A stretch of DNA of 63,996 nt, counting the filler, from Porpidia crustulata (Eukaryota): the NCBI GenBank assembly GCA_964255105.1. It is 13 parts of 13 records of this genome, joined end to end, with 100 filler letters (N's around TTAATTAATTAA, not from the genome) between each part and the next. Parts side by side here need not be neighbours in the genome. Positions count along the whole stretch, not along the records: positions 44,514 to 49,344 come from CAXUWE010001988.1; positions 49,445 to 54,274 come from CAXUWE010001989.1; positions 54,375 to 59,192 come from CAXUWE010001990.1; positions 59,293 to 63,996 come from CAXUWE010002009.1; 9 more parts are not named here. The stretch is one strand, 5' to 3'. The position numbers and the translations under genes were made by a program. The stretch's first letter is position 1; every line of letters begins with the position of its first letter. Below are positions 48,819 through 62,024 of this stretch, piece after piece. The notes beneath the pieces are model-generated. The model made no database searches and was not told the DNA's origin. It worked only from the letters and a program-made list of their open reading frames with translations.

Positions 48819-50494
48819 TGTAGACATTGGAGGCTTGGGGGACCGTCGTTGGGTTTGCTCCGTGGTTTTACAAATTGCTGGGACAGGAAAGGAAGTGAAT
48901 AGCCCATTCATCCAGTACCCGTCCGTTCAAGAGCCATCGCAGGAACCATCGACCTCGACAAAGCGAAAAAGAGGCAGGACTGCGGGACCTTGGGCTGAAT
49001 GAATACCCAAGCGGCTACATCGAAGAGATGTAACTCATCGCCAAAAGCATATCTCACCGCCGTGCCTGTAGCCATATTAATTATGAAAAATTTCAAAACT
49101 GTAGCTGCGATCATAAATGCGAATTCATATGAGCATGACAGTGGACGCGCTCCCCAAGGACCCGTTTAAAGCTCACTGTTGTCTTGCACCATATCTACTG
49201 CTTTATAGCTTTACTCGTTGCGTTGCGTTAAGTTGCGTGATGGATGAACATTATGCGTGACGAGATATTCGGGATGTTGGAAGGCTGGTGGAATGGGAAG
49301 GTAAGGTAAGTTATGTATTTGTATCTACTTCGTCGCTCCTATCCNNNNNNNNNNNNNNNNNNNNNNNNNNNNNNNNNNNNNNNNNNNNTTAATTAATTAA
49401 NNNNNNNNNNNNNNNNNNNNNNNNNNNNNNNNNNNNNNNNNNNNGGAGGGGAGAGTTTCATTTTTTGGGAGCTTCTCTTGTGATTGGGTGTTAAGAAGGA
49501 GGACGGAGAGGAAGGCTTGAGGGGAGGAAGCCGTAGTGTTGGAGCTTAAGGATGAGGAAGCTCAAGTACGGAGGTGGCGGTCGCTTCGACGGCTATCAGG
49601 ATTTCGGGCAGCCGCGTGGGTAACAGCGTACGTCGAATTCTAGAAATGTTTAATCCGCGCGCACCACACCGATATGCGCTCGTCTTTCAGTCGCGCCGGA
49701 ACCATGATGATGGTATCATGATTGACATGGGCAGCCAGCGTCACATCTTTGCGGCGAGACCTCTCACTGGTAAGGCCCCACTGGATATGAACGCGGTCAA
49801 CTCATGCCCGCAGTATTAGGCGGGCAAGCCTGACAGTCGATACGACAATCTTGTTCATGTTGATATATCATCCATCTCCTTGCCGTATCGTCAGTGCTCC
49901 AGAGCGCGACTGACACCAGCCTCGTTTCAAAAAGTAGAGCCCCAACTCAGAGAACGGAATACCATTGCTCTATGATATCAAGGCCAGGGAGTTTCACCAG
50001 CAGGCAGTAATCGACAATCCTCTTGACTGGAAGTGTGCTTTCCATAGCACCCAATTACTCACATATTCCACTACACTTCTTGACCAGTCCATCGTTGTTC
50101 ACGGTGACATCCTTCGCTTTCATTCCACCGTACATAGGACTTGTGAAAAATCACTTTAAGCATCGCTCGGTGTTGCGTCGACGGATACTAAACGATAAAT
50201 TCATAAATCTTGATGCTATTTGAATATTTTCTTTATGATAATACTAATTTGGTAAATTGAATTGCGGAGGCTTTAAGGCTGTAAGGCTGGCGCAGCCGCC
50301 GCGGCGCGTCCAAGTTCATCACAAAGACCGCCATGCAAACATAGACGGTCAAAGATCAAATCACGTCGGCCTTAGGCCTGGACTTCTGCTAGATGTTATA
50401 GCAAGCCCATGGCCTTGACAATTCACCACGAATGAGATCTTGATCCAGCAGTATACTAATTTGACCACTACTAACCAATAGGAGCTCTGAAAAC

Positions 50495-51354
50495 ATGTCT
50501 GTTGTACCATCGACCCCCAGGCCTCAGATTGCTGGAACGGTTTTCTCGACTCCGTCTCCTGGTAACTGGCGCCACCCCAAATTTGACGAAATCGCGAGAA
50601 GACAAGGTGCGAGTATCTTTGATGAAAGCAATGTCCGACGAATCATGTGGAACGTGGGTGCTTTACTTTCCTTATGGGCCACACGTAGCTTCCTTGGGTA
50701 ATCTATTCTAATGCTTAGTGTTGAACGAGGGCTAATATGCAGTAAAGTTCAGATATCCAGGAAATCGTTGTATACATAAGAGCCCAAGCATATACGCGGC
50801 CTCTTTTCATCCTAGTGACTCTGGTCTTACTCTTCAATATTGGAACAGCCCTTTGGCCGCTAGTCAAGCCAAAAGACGATCTCACGGATATTCCTTTGAC
50901 TCCTACTCAGCGAGCGTTACTAGGCCTCAACCCTGATCTCACACCCTCGTCAACTCCCACACCTCAATATATCACACCTCCACGTTATGCGCGATCGCCT
51001 ACACCACGAACGAACTCACCCAATAGCAGGAGCGGTAGCAATTCGAATTCACCTTTATCACGGAAAGAAAGTCCATTAGGGAGGCTGGAAAACGGGTCAC
51101 CCTATTCTCCAGCCGCGAGTCCAATGTGGTACAAGGCTGTTGGAGGCCCCCGAGAAGCTTCGAGAAGTAACAGCTACGGTACACCGTCACCGCTCGGGCG
51201 TACTTTTGGAGGGAAGGATACCAGTGTTTTAGGGGTGCCGAGCACGCCTAGTCCGTCTGCTGGAAAAGGAGCAAGTGTTGGCTTGAATAGTAAATGGCTG
51301 TACGAGAGGGGTAGGGCGAGTCCTAGGAGTAGCTTCATATACTCTGGTCTATGA
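50495..51354 (+). CDS. POM34: Transmembrane nucleoporin Pom34 (intron 50698-50747)
   Basis: TPSPGNWRHPKFDEIARRQ, two hydrophobic segments, DDLTDIPLTPTQRALLGL, YITPPRY, SVGLNSKWLYE. Confidence 0.88.
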
Positions 51355-51758
51355 AAATCACCAATACAATAATGCTTCTTCTGTTTCCAAGGCGTGGAGG
51401 GTGGAGCTTATAATAAATAACAAGCCATTCTCATAGATGGCACTTTGATGTTTTAATGTCGTGAATGCATCCATCTTCACCCAATGATATGGCGAAAAGA
51501 AATGAAGTCTAGGGTCTTTGAACTCGTCAATTACCTCTGTAGACATATTTTCATCAGAGACTCGTATTTGAAAATAGCTGATGATTGATATGACCGAACT
51601 GTATCTAGCGTACTCCACTATGTCCGAAAAGTCCGGGAAGCTTTCTGACGATTTGCTCAAACACCAACGTGGACGAACATTTAACTTTACACTCTTGGTT
51701 CACAATGATAACTTGAGACTGGTATCTGTTCGAAATTGTTGTTTGAGAATTCCCCGCC

Positions 51759-54274
51759 ATGGGCAATTCAGACTCGAAGCTCGTATTCAAACAAGGCATT
51801 CTCAGGCTCTCTGAGCCAGGTGTCATACCAGCAGAAGATCCCTACTGGAAAAGCGTGAGCTGGTTCAGATGCGTAGTATAAGGTAGCCGTTGCTGATCTG
51901 CAAGCAGTTTTGGGAATTGCCCGAATCCAATGAGGATATATTCAGTCTTTTTTCTCCGGTCGACGTCCGCAGAGCACGCGACAATTCCCTTGGGAACCTC
52001 GAAAACCTTATAACAAAGCTCATCTATCGACTTTCTATCCTTCGACATCTTCCCGCATTTCCGGACCATGATATTGCACCTCAGAAACATGCCCTCAATT
52101 GTATTAGAGTGCTTACGCGCATCCTGCCGTTTCTATACGAAGCGGATAACCTCGAAGTCTGGGAGGACAAATTCTTTTGGCAAGCCAAGAGAAAGCTCTC
52201 AAGCCATGAAAGGGCGAGAAAAACAGAGGTACTCTTTGATGAATCTCAAGAGGATGACGTCTCAAAGCCGGAGCCAAAAGAAATGTATGAGGATGCCAGG
52301 CCTTTAGGTGAAGAGCTGGTTGATATATTGATCGACTTATTATTCTGCACTGGCTTTACGATAGCACACAACAGTCAATTAAAGAAGAAGGTCACCTACT
52401 CAATTTGGCAGAAGGGCGTAGGGTGTAATACTCAGTTGGGCTCCAGCAAGGAAATGGAAAGCAATAGAACGGACATATTACGGTTACTTCTGACCCTCTC
52501 TAGCAAGTCCTTGTACATGCCCGCCAGTAAGTTTCATCACGACCACGATATTCGCTTTTTCTGACAAAGAATAGATATCCTCCCGGTCAAAGGTGTAAAA
52601 GCCCTCACATATATTACCACTTGCCCTGACAAGCAAGTTATCCTTTCGTTACTCTGCTCTCTGCTGAACACGGTAAGTCTCCTGGCTTGGTGCACATGTT
52701 TTATACATACGTTGACTGAAATGATGCTAGACTCTCAACTATAGTTCTACTCTTTGGCGACTGCCTTACGACCATGTAGTATATGATGATTCCAAAAAGG
52801 TCCTCGTGTCATATAGCCTGCAATTCCTTCTCGCCTTGCTTTTATACTCTGTACCAGAACAGAGCCGTGCAGCTGCTCCAAAGAATTATGTTCGGCATTT
52901 CCTAGGTAGATTGCATCGTTCTCATGACTTTGAATTCCTGGTAGAAGGGATGGTGAGGACCTTGAATCAGCCGGTATTGGCCTAAACATGATGCACTTAT
53001 AGGGGAATATGCTAATCTATGAAATAGCTGCAAGCTTCTGCATCGTATCTACCTGGCAGTCAGAAGTCGGTGGCGTGGGCCCCTGAAATGGTCATGCTAT
53101 TCTGGGAAACACTTCAATTTAACAAGCGATTCCGGTCATTTCTTGTTGAGACTGATAGAGCTCAAGAGTTCATGATATTAGTCCTTGGCTACGCTCTGGA
53201 ATACAAGACCGATCCGGCGAAACAAGGGATCGTGCGAATGTGTGTCTTTATATTGCAGACACTGAGCACCGAAGACGGCTTTGGTGAGCACTTGAACCAA
53301 AAATTGGAAGGTCAAGATAGACTGCCTACCAGTATGAGACTAGAAAAATTTGCTGGCACTTACGCTGATTTCTTCGTTACTGTAAGACAATCTCCTCTCG
53401 AAAGAGAAATATGCTGATATGGACAGTTAATCCATAACCTCATAACCACCAGTAAAGGAAAGCTCGATGCCATTTATCCAGCACTTCTCGCCACGCTCAA
53501 TAATATTGCGCCATATCTCAAGAATTTGAGCGCTCAATCGAGTATGAAGCTCCTGCATCTATTCTCGTCCATGTCATCACCTAGCTTTCTTCTCGCGAAT
53601 GAGACGAATTACTCACTCTTACAATCTCTACTCGAGTCTATCAATGCTGTTATAGAACATCAGTATACCAGTTAGTGAAGCCTTTGTTTGTCCCATCAGA
53701 GGGAGCTAATACGCACTCAAGGTAACAGAAGTCTTGGCCTGGCCATTGTCAAATCACGAAAAAGATTTGAAGCTCTTAGATCTTTTACTTTGGAAAGTGG
53801 GAAAGAGGAAATTGCACTCTTAAAGCAACAGAAAAAAGATGCTGCAGATGCTGCCGAACCCGCAGATAGCCCCTCAAGGAGATCACGCAACAGTTCAATC
53901 GACAACATCCGCAGCCCGCAAATTGCCAGAACTCCGACCCTCAGCAACGTCCCCGAGGAAGGCGGTGCATTTGCAATTGGCGATGACGAGGACTCCGATG
54001 ATGACGAGAACCATGAGATACACCCCACACCTTCACATTCATCACCCTCGAACCACAACTCCCGAACACCCTCAGTATCCTCGTCACTCGACGAACCCCT
54101 TCCCACTCAACTCCGCGGCATGTCGGAAAAAGCCCGCGGTAAGATGCCAGCAGGGCAAGCTACCTTCTCCCGCCAAAGCAGCACCACAAGTCTTGTCAAC
54201 CATGCCGCAAATATCATGTCCCCAAACCTCGGATTCGACCCCACAGAACACTGGGTACGCTCATCCCCCTTCCC
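51759..54274 (+). CDS. HID1: HID1/Ecm30-family Golgi protein, multi-exon, 3' truncated
   Basis: MGNSDSKLVFKQGI (myristoylation motif), FWELPES.EDIFSLF, LNCIRVLTRILPF, IWQKGVGC, LLCSLLN, GMSEKARGK. Confidence 0.9.
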
Positions 54275-56757
54275 NNNNNNNNNNNNNNNNNNNNNNNNNN
54301 NNNNNNNNNNNNNNNNNNTTAATTAATTAANNNNNNNNNNNNNNNNNNNNNNNNNNNNNNNNNNNNNNNNNNNNTATTAACTAGGCCTTCCAGAATGATG
54401 CACTACCAACTGCACCACTCCCCCGTCGGAGTCTCGGAGCTCTGATGAACAACACAGCGCTCTCCTCCTGTAACATCAACCCTCCGATATCGAATCTTCC
54501 AAGCCAGACCGAGGAGTCTGTACCCTTACGACGAATACTAATCCATGATGTCCTCTAAGTCATGGACGAAAGGAGGCACCGCTTCTGTCGATTTAGCGGG
54601 GTGCATGATTCTTTAAGCTACAACTCTAGATATCTACGAAGTGTAAGCTAAAGAGTTGACCTTTGATGGATCTTGGTCTCCGAGACGACTTTTTCTGAAC
54701 ATGTTATCATTCAATAACGACGACAATGCCAGTTCAAGGACATTTTCTCAACTTTGACACCATCAGGCTGCAAGCCGCCACTTTCTCCCAATTCAAACTG
54801 TACGACACAACCGATATACTGATCGGCGGGTGATTGGTATCCTCAAGGTTTGCATTGCAGTCGATGACACTTACGCCCCAAGGTTACTCGCTCATTGTTG
54901 GACGAGATGACAGTTACAGAAGAAATGGGGTTGACAAATCTCTGCAGCTTCTACTTTCGGCATTCCTATTTGTATGATTTCCATCCAAAGAATGACCACA
55001 GAGTCACAGACCATGTCTCTGACTAGAGTAAGCCCATGTTTTAGATGGACATCACGAGAGATCTCGGAGGCTCCACCACATGATTGTTAGAGAATGTCTA
55101 GCAGATGAGACAATCCTCGTGGTATCAAGAAGTGCGGCCCAGCTTTATGCCTACAATGTAGAGGCATTCATTGAATCATGCTACTTGATGAACGTAGAAC
55201 GGTGAAGAATAACAAGATCATACTAAACACTAACATACCATCCTCTGTATTCCAAAATTCAGTGGAACCGGTTTTCGATCCTGTAAACGACTAGGTAGTG
55301 AAGCATGAAAGAATCACATCGTGTATCTAGATATGGAACGCGTCTGACCCCACAATACGAACATGAATACACCTTGCCGATTCAAATGCAAAATACTCAG
55401 CGATATGGAAATGACCATAGACGATAGACGCCACGAGACCTCTAGGTAGAAGTAGAGAGTAATTAGGGATGGCTGTGAAATATTCTCATTCGAACATTGA
55501 TATAAATTCATTTCTATGTACAGAATTATACTAACATAAATAACGACAATTGTTCCAGACTTTCGACCAATAGACGACTGTAATTCGACGAAGTTGAGTC
55601 AGCCATTCCAGGCCAAAGCTCAGGGTCATTGCAGTATATGTCGGCTTTGATTGGTGGATTATCTGTGAGCCTTGGCGGAATAACCGGGTATGATTGTTTC
55701 GGTCGATCGATTCCGGCCTTTCCCCCACTTTATTCGGCTCTCAGATCGAATAATACGAATACAGTAAAGTACGGAAAATCCCCACAGGGTTCGGGGATAC
55801 CTACGAAATCCGTCTGGTGGTTCAGCTAGAGAGTAATTAATTGGCCGACTTCATACTCCAGACGTCGAACTCAGACTCCCTCGACATCTATCTATATCCG
55901 TCAATCAACAGTAGCATCCTCTACTGCTGCACTGCAAGCAGCAGCAGAGGCAGCTCACTCATCCAACCGCATTGTACTTGGCTGCAGCTGGCCTTGTAAA
56001 TGCCCGTGCGTTACAGCTCCCAGTACCTTATCCTCGTCCTTTCTTACCACGCCTGCCAGCACGGGGCACGCAGCGATCCTTTGCATTTAATTTGGTTTCC
56101 ATAGTCCTCGTGCAACAACAGATCATCATTGCCGGCTCGCTTCCCTACATTGTGTCTTGCTCTCATGCCTTGATTGAGCTTCTGCAAGAGTCTTCGGTAC
56201 GGACCGCTGGGAGAGGAGCATCGATCCCCACCCGGACCTTAATTGCTGATTCACCACTCTGTCCAATTCCCCTGGCCGTCACTCGCTACACCGTATCCTT
56301 CGATTCTGAATTTGGGAAGAAGTCATTCCAACGCGTGTCATTTGCAGAGGTGGCGACAAGGCTAGGGCCGCCGACGATCAAACAATAACAGCAGGACTTG
56401 TAAAAGAAAGCTGTGAATAACGATTCCATCCGACGTCGCTCGTTTGCAATTGAATAAGATAGATACGAACATTCATCCGTGGTCCGCAACATTTCGTCCA
56501 AAGGTGGTTGCTCCAGCAAATAGCTGTTAGGTTGAAACACCCTTCTCGTCGAGCTTGGATTTCGATTTCGGCCTGCTAGGCCTTTCTAATCATACTCTCA
56601 GCATTCGGCTGTTCCTGGTAAGGTAAATCCGAGCTAGCCTTGGAGCCTACTATTAAAATAACGATTTTGCGGCACCACCTCCAAACGGTGACATTAGCCC
56701 CACCGGAGGGGATTGACAATAAAGCGTACGCTCATCGACACATAATCTTGATACGTC

Positions 56758-58078
56758 ATGGGGGCTTGTCAAAGTTCCCAAGATGGGGAGGAGGAGGAGA
56801 ATAAGAAGAGAAGCCGGATGATAGACGCGAAGCTGGAAGAAGATTCAAGGAGGCTACGCAAGGAATGCAAGATCTTATTACTGGGTAAGTCATGCCAGGT
56901 AGAAGCTTTAGGATATACTGACGAACAGTAGGCTCTGGAGAGAGTGGCAAGTCGACCATTGTCAAGCAAATGAAGATTATCCATCAGAATGGGTATACCA
57001 AGGATGAATTGGCGTTGTACCGTCTTACGATTTACAAAAACGTCCTTGACTGCTCCAAAGCTTTGATAGGAGCCATGAGGCAATTTCAGATTGAACCGGT
57101 AGATCCACGGAATGTTGGAAATAGCGATTATCTCCTGGAATACCAAGTCGATCCAGACCCACATACGCCGCTTGATCCAAGAGTTGGGGCATCCGTTGTT
57201 TCGATTTGGAAGGATCCTAGCATTGCGGATATAATGGATCATCAAAGCGAATTCTATTTGATGGATTCAGCACCATAGTCAGTCGCAGTTGGATATTGAA
57301 GAAGAGTGCTAATATATTCAGCTTCTTCGACGAAGTACTGCGAATAGCGGGACCGGATTATATCCCCATTGAGGCAGATGTATTGCGAGCTCGAACAAAG
57401 ACGACAGGTATCTACGAAACACGGTTCAAGATGGGTCAATTAAGCATACAGTATGTTCAATAATTCCAGAAGGGGAATATGCTAATGGATCATAGTATGT
57501 TTGATGTTGGCGGTCAACGTAGCGAACGGAAGAAATGGATACATTGCTTTGAAAATGTCACCTCGATCATTTTTTGTGTAGCACTTAGCGAATACGATCA
57601 AGTGCTTCTGGAAGAAAGTAATCAGGTGAGTTTATCCATTATGATCATAGCTGTAGCTGACATGACCAGAATCGAATGATGGAAAGTCTGGTCTTGTTCG
57701 ATTCAGTCGTAAATTCGAGATGGTTTATGAGAACAAGCATCATTCTCTTCCTAAATAAAGTCGATCTCTTCAAGCAGAAGCTTGGTAGATCACCCCTGGG
57801 GAGTTATTTCCCCGACTATTCCGGCGGCAACGATGTGAATCGTGCAGCAAAGTATCTACTCTGGCGATTTAATCAGGTCAACCGAGCGCACTTGAATTTA
57901 TATCCTCAGTAAGTCCTTTCGTCCGATCAACGTCTTGTCTCCTGTTTATATCGAGAGAAGGCTTACGATAGCCACAAGTCTCACGCAAGCGACGGACACG
58001 TCCAACATTCGTCTTGTCTTCGCAGCCGTCAAAGACACAATCCTTCATAATGCACTAGCAGACTCTGGAATCTTGTGA
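56758..58078 (+). CDS. gna-3: Heterotrimeric G-protein alpha subunit, group III (GNA-3/GanB/MagA type), 6 exons
   Basis: MGACQS N-terminus, [83 protein letters not shown] stop. Confidence 0.96.
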
Positions 58079-58914
58079 GCATTTCATTCCCCACGCATCT
58101 TTAAAAAAGACACAACCGGTGTTGTAATCAAGATCATAAACTTTGTACATACCTGCCAACGCTCAGCCAGGCTCTATTGATCTCGAGAATAAAACCCGCG
58201 TTTTCATCACCCAACACTTGTACCTACCTACACCACATACACGCCCTTGTTGGATATATGTAAGGAATACACCGAACCACAGCCTGGCTCTTTGCACCTA
58301 CAGTTCAGGCGGCAACCACACCTCTTGACTCACCTACCTTGTTCGTTCAATCAACCATTTTTATCATCGGGGAAATGTCATGGAGGGATCTATCAGATGA
58401 AATCTATTACTACAACCTACGGGGCGAAACCTTTTTGCGATGGAGTTTCTGTTTTGGACTATCAGGGGAGAATGGGTGGTTTTTTGGATTGGGCCTTTTT
58501 GGGTTGGTTGGGGGCCGATTATCGATATCACAATAATGTCGAAAAGTTGCTCTCCCGCGTTTTCGGTGGCTTCGGATCCGTCAGAGCTGCCTTATGCAAC
58601 GGAGTATCCCTCGCCTCACCCCACCGACGGCAACTTGATGGCGGCAGCGGAAATCCGAATCCGCTGTCGACAAACGGCCACCGGGAAACGACCGCGCAGA
58701 CGTGTCCGGGCATTTCGAGATGGAATGAAGCCAGCGCAATTCCATCTCGAGTTTCACATTTACATTGAAAATAAAACCACAACTTTTTGTATCCTGTGCC
58801 GCAGCCACCACACACACACACGATCAGAGGCAGAAGATCCGTTTCCCAATCTCCCATCCTCTTCCCACACTCGCGTCCTCGCCTTCTCGCCGTCTCGCCC
58901 TTCTAGTGCTTCTA

Positions 58915-59095
58915 GTGCTTCCCTTCTCCTCCCCTCCCCCCAAACCTTTTTCAAGACCCTATATTTTTCTTCCCTTCTTCTTCTTCTTCTTCTTCCTCTC
59001 CTCCTCCTCCTCTCCGCGCACGTTCTTCCTTTTCCCTTTTCCCTTTTCCTTTCCCTCGCTTTCACTCGTTTATTTTATTTTATTTTATTTTGCTT
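58915..59095 (+). repeat. Pyrimidine-rich low-complexity tract with (CTT)n, (CCT)n and (TTTTA)n runs
   Basis: Seen directly; typical of CT-rich fungal promoter or 5' UTR sequence. Confidence 0.8.
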
Positions 59096-59292
59096 CGTTT
59101 CATTGCATCGGCGTCTCTCGCATTGATATCGCGTGGATCTTTTCCCTTTCGCGATTTTCAATTCTGTGGGTTTTTGGGGAGGGGGAGAAGGGNNNNNNNN
59201 NNNNNNNNNNNNNNNNNNNNNNNNNNNNNNNNNNNNTTAATTAATTAANNNNNNNNNNNNNNNNNNNNNNNNNNNNNNNNNNNNNNNNNNNN

Positions 59293-60622
59293 GCGGTAGA
59301 GGGCGTTGACGGCGCTTTTGACGCCAGGGATGTCTTTACCGTTGATTTCGGGGTAGCTGTAGCCGAAGGTTTTGATGTCCCGCACTGAGGTTGGGGTGTG
59401 GAAGTTGTTGTTTGTGTCTTTGTGGAAAGGGGTCAATGGGCTGTTTTCGTCCAGGGTATCCCCAGCTTTGAAGGTAGCGGTGCCCGTGGTGGCCACAGCG
59501 TGTCCCATGTAGCTGTCGGGGTAGATTGCCTGCCAGATGGAGAATAGTCGGTCCACGTTTGTATGATGCAGCCAGAAGACGGGATCAAAAGCTGAATAGT
59601 CAAGATATGACATGTGACCTCCGTTACCGATGAGTCCATGAAGTTGGTCGTGTAGACTTTCTAGGCTATCGTATGTTCCAGGGGAGTTGGGATACCACGC
59701 TTCGTTGCTGAACTGCTCATACAGTGGATATGCTTCTAGTAAGTTCATGAACCGCTTGCTATAAGTAGCCTGGGATTTATCAATCTGTTGTACGACCCAT
59801 GAGTCTTGGCTCAAGGCATCACTTTCATTTGTAGTTGGATATCTCAACGTGGTGGGATAAGTAGCAAACTAGATAATGTTAGGATTTCTACTGAATTGCC
59901 GTATACTACCATGCACTCACCGGCTCATAGACCATCTCCTCTTTACTCAATGAATGAAATTGATATTGGTAGAGAGGGTTCGATATGACTTCGGTGCCAT
60001 TCTCGAAACTCATCATAATCCAAGGTGTCCCACTGATACTGGAAGGAAGTACATGCTCGCCTGGCGCAGCTGGGGCAGCCCAATCCCAATATGGTATCCT
60101 GAACGTGGCGGCCGCTGCCAGATACTGATCCTTCTCACTCCCAGAGAAAGTATTAGCAACTTCCAGGGCCATGGCAGCCATCTGCTTTTCATAGAGGGCC
60201 AGGTAAGGTCGATGCCACACTGGAAACAGTGGCGACGAATGGGTACAATAGCCTCCTTGGACACCTTCGGCAAAAGGTACATTGTCCCATTGTGTATATG
60301 GGCGCCCGTGGATGCCAGAAATCTGGTAGTAGCTCATCATATCCGACTGATCCATGTCCTGGAACCGGCGCAATGCAAGAAGGTACAGGTTCCACGGGAC
60401 ATTGCTTTTCTGAAGCTCCCGAATCTCAATTCGATTTGGCACCGTTCCATCTGGAGTGATGCTTGTACTTACTCCCGTTACTGGGAACGAGGAAGAAGCT
60501 CTTTTTGGTAAGTTAATTGGGGTATCTTGTTTATCCTGCACCGGTACTCCATTCGCTATGCTGATCAAAAATAATATGCAAGTCCAAAAGAAGGGGAAAC
60601 GCAATGCTTGAACAAAACTCAT
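59293..60622 (-). CDS. Secreted tyrosinase (type-3 copper protein); 3' truncated (intron 59920-59869)
   Basis: Signal peptide then LPKR; CuA region GIHGRP..GYCTHSS.LFPVWHRPYL; RIPYWDW; CuB region LESLHDQLHG..GHM..SAFDPVFWLHHTNVDRL; FGYSYPE. Confidence 0.95.
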
Positions 60623-62024
60623 GACGGTAGTGACTGTTTAAAATTGAGTCCACCTTGCTGCGAAGGGCAATGTATAGGCTTCAGAAGATGCAAAGCATAG
60701 AATTGATCTCAATGGCTAAAGAGACGCCAAAATGAGACCGTAGCAAACAGTAAACGAATGTACAGACAGCAAGATGGACAACGTTAATGACTGTAAATTC
60801 TCAAAAAAGCGACAAAGAGTATATACGACTTGACAGAGACACGAAAGAAATGATAAGGATGGTTCCATACGAAATAGAGGATTGAGAATAATAACGAGCC
60901 CTGCGGCGAAGGCCCTTCGCCCCTCAAGCTGGACATCATCATGATCACCAACAGGGCCCTAAGGAGGTAAGGCGGTCAGGGTCTTATGGAGGGGGTGGAG
61001 AGGTAGTGATGGATTGGGAGTTTGGGATCAGCTTTTGCCTGAAAGGGATGAAACGAACTGAAACTTTGGTTGATAGGCCTCCCGCTCGAGCCCTTCAGCC
61101 ACCCACAGCGCGGTATGTCACCACCAAACCAACATCATCAGATTCGATAGAGTAAGCCCATACGACGCTCTATCGAATGACATTAACGCTTCAGTGGTAG
61201 GGCGAGCTGTTGCGGCAAGAGGCTGAGTCTTTCGGTCCTCGTGTCAGCAAATTATCCACGCCATGAAAGTAATACAGTAGGTAGATAGCTTTCACCAGCA
61301 GTTAGCATTTCCTACTCAATTCATTGTGGACTGCTCAATGTATCTTGGTAAGTAGAACGTAGAGAGACAGCGATGGATAGGAAAATATACCTGAGACTCG
61401 AGATTCGATAGTCTTTCCAAATTGAGTCAATCGTTCCGACGAGCGAGCGGTGCCTTTTCCATCTCTCCCCCTTCATCTCTTCAACCTGGAACAAGATTCT
61501 GTTTAAAGTAGAGTATCTTACGACAAACTTAATACGGTAGTAAGCTGCAAGTCATGGGCTGATGGCATCTCAAACACGGGGAATAAACATTCTTAAATAC
61601 CCGAGATGAGACCTACTGAGGCCGTACGATATAACTTACATAAGGGGCACTGCGCACTTTTCAGCTTTGATTCCTACTTCTATTGTTGCATCGATAATAG
61701 TGAGTCCTTGCGAGTTATGCATGTTGTACAATATCACTATGCAAGAATATATGGCACCCGGATTTCAGACTGAGGACTTGCTGACCCAACTTCAATCATG
61801 ACTGTAAAGGCTATGGCGTATGCTCTCAAATCTGCGTTTCGCAACTTTCCAAATTCATTACTGCAACTATTTTGTAATTACCCAAACACCTTGATACTAT
61901 ATAAGTCGTACGATTGTAAGAGACTTGATATTTTCTTCAAGGCCTCCCGAGAGAGTAAATTGATACGAATGAAAACGCCCACTAACGCCCACTCACGCCC
62001 ATAGATCAGTGTGGCTACCGTCTT

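Noticed and set aside
55972..56540. ORFs upstream of the G-alpha gene
   Set aside because: Non-ATG starts and no motifs; more likely a long promoter or 5' UTR region.
58247..59244. Several overlapping ORFs rich in Leu/Phe/Ser or Arg/Glu
   Set aside because: Translations of a pyrimidine-rich low-complexity tract.
4860..59292. Regularly spaced identical TTAATTAATTAA elements about every 4.9 kb, suggesting a periodic repeat or array
   Set aside because: Embedded in N runs and joining length-sorted contigs; a concatenation artefact.
60905..60921. Hairpin GGCGAAG-GCC-CTTCGCC upstream of tyrosinase
   Set aside because: Short and isolated; bacterial-type terminators are not relevant in a fungal nuclear genome.
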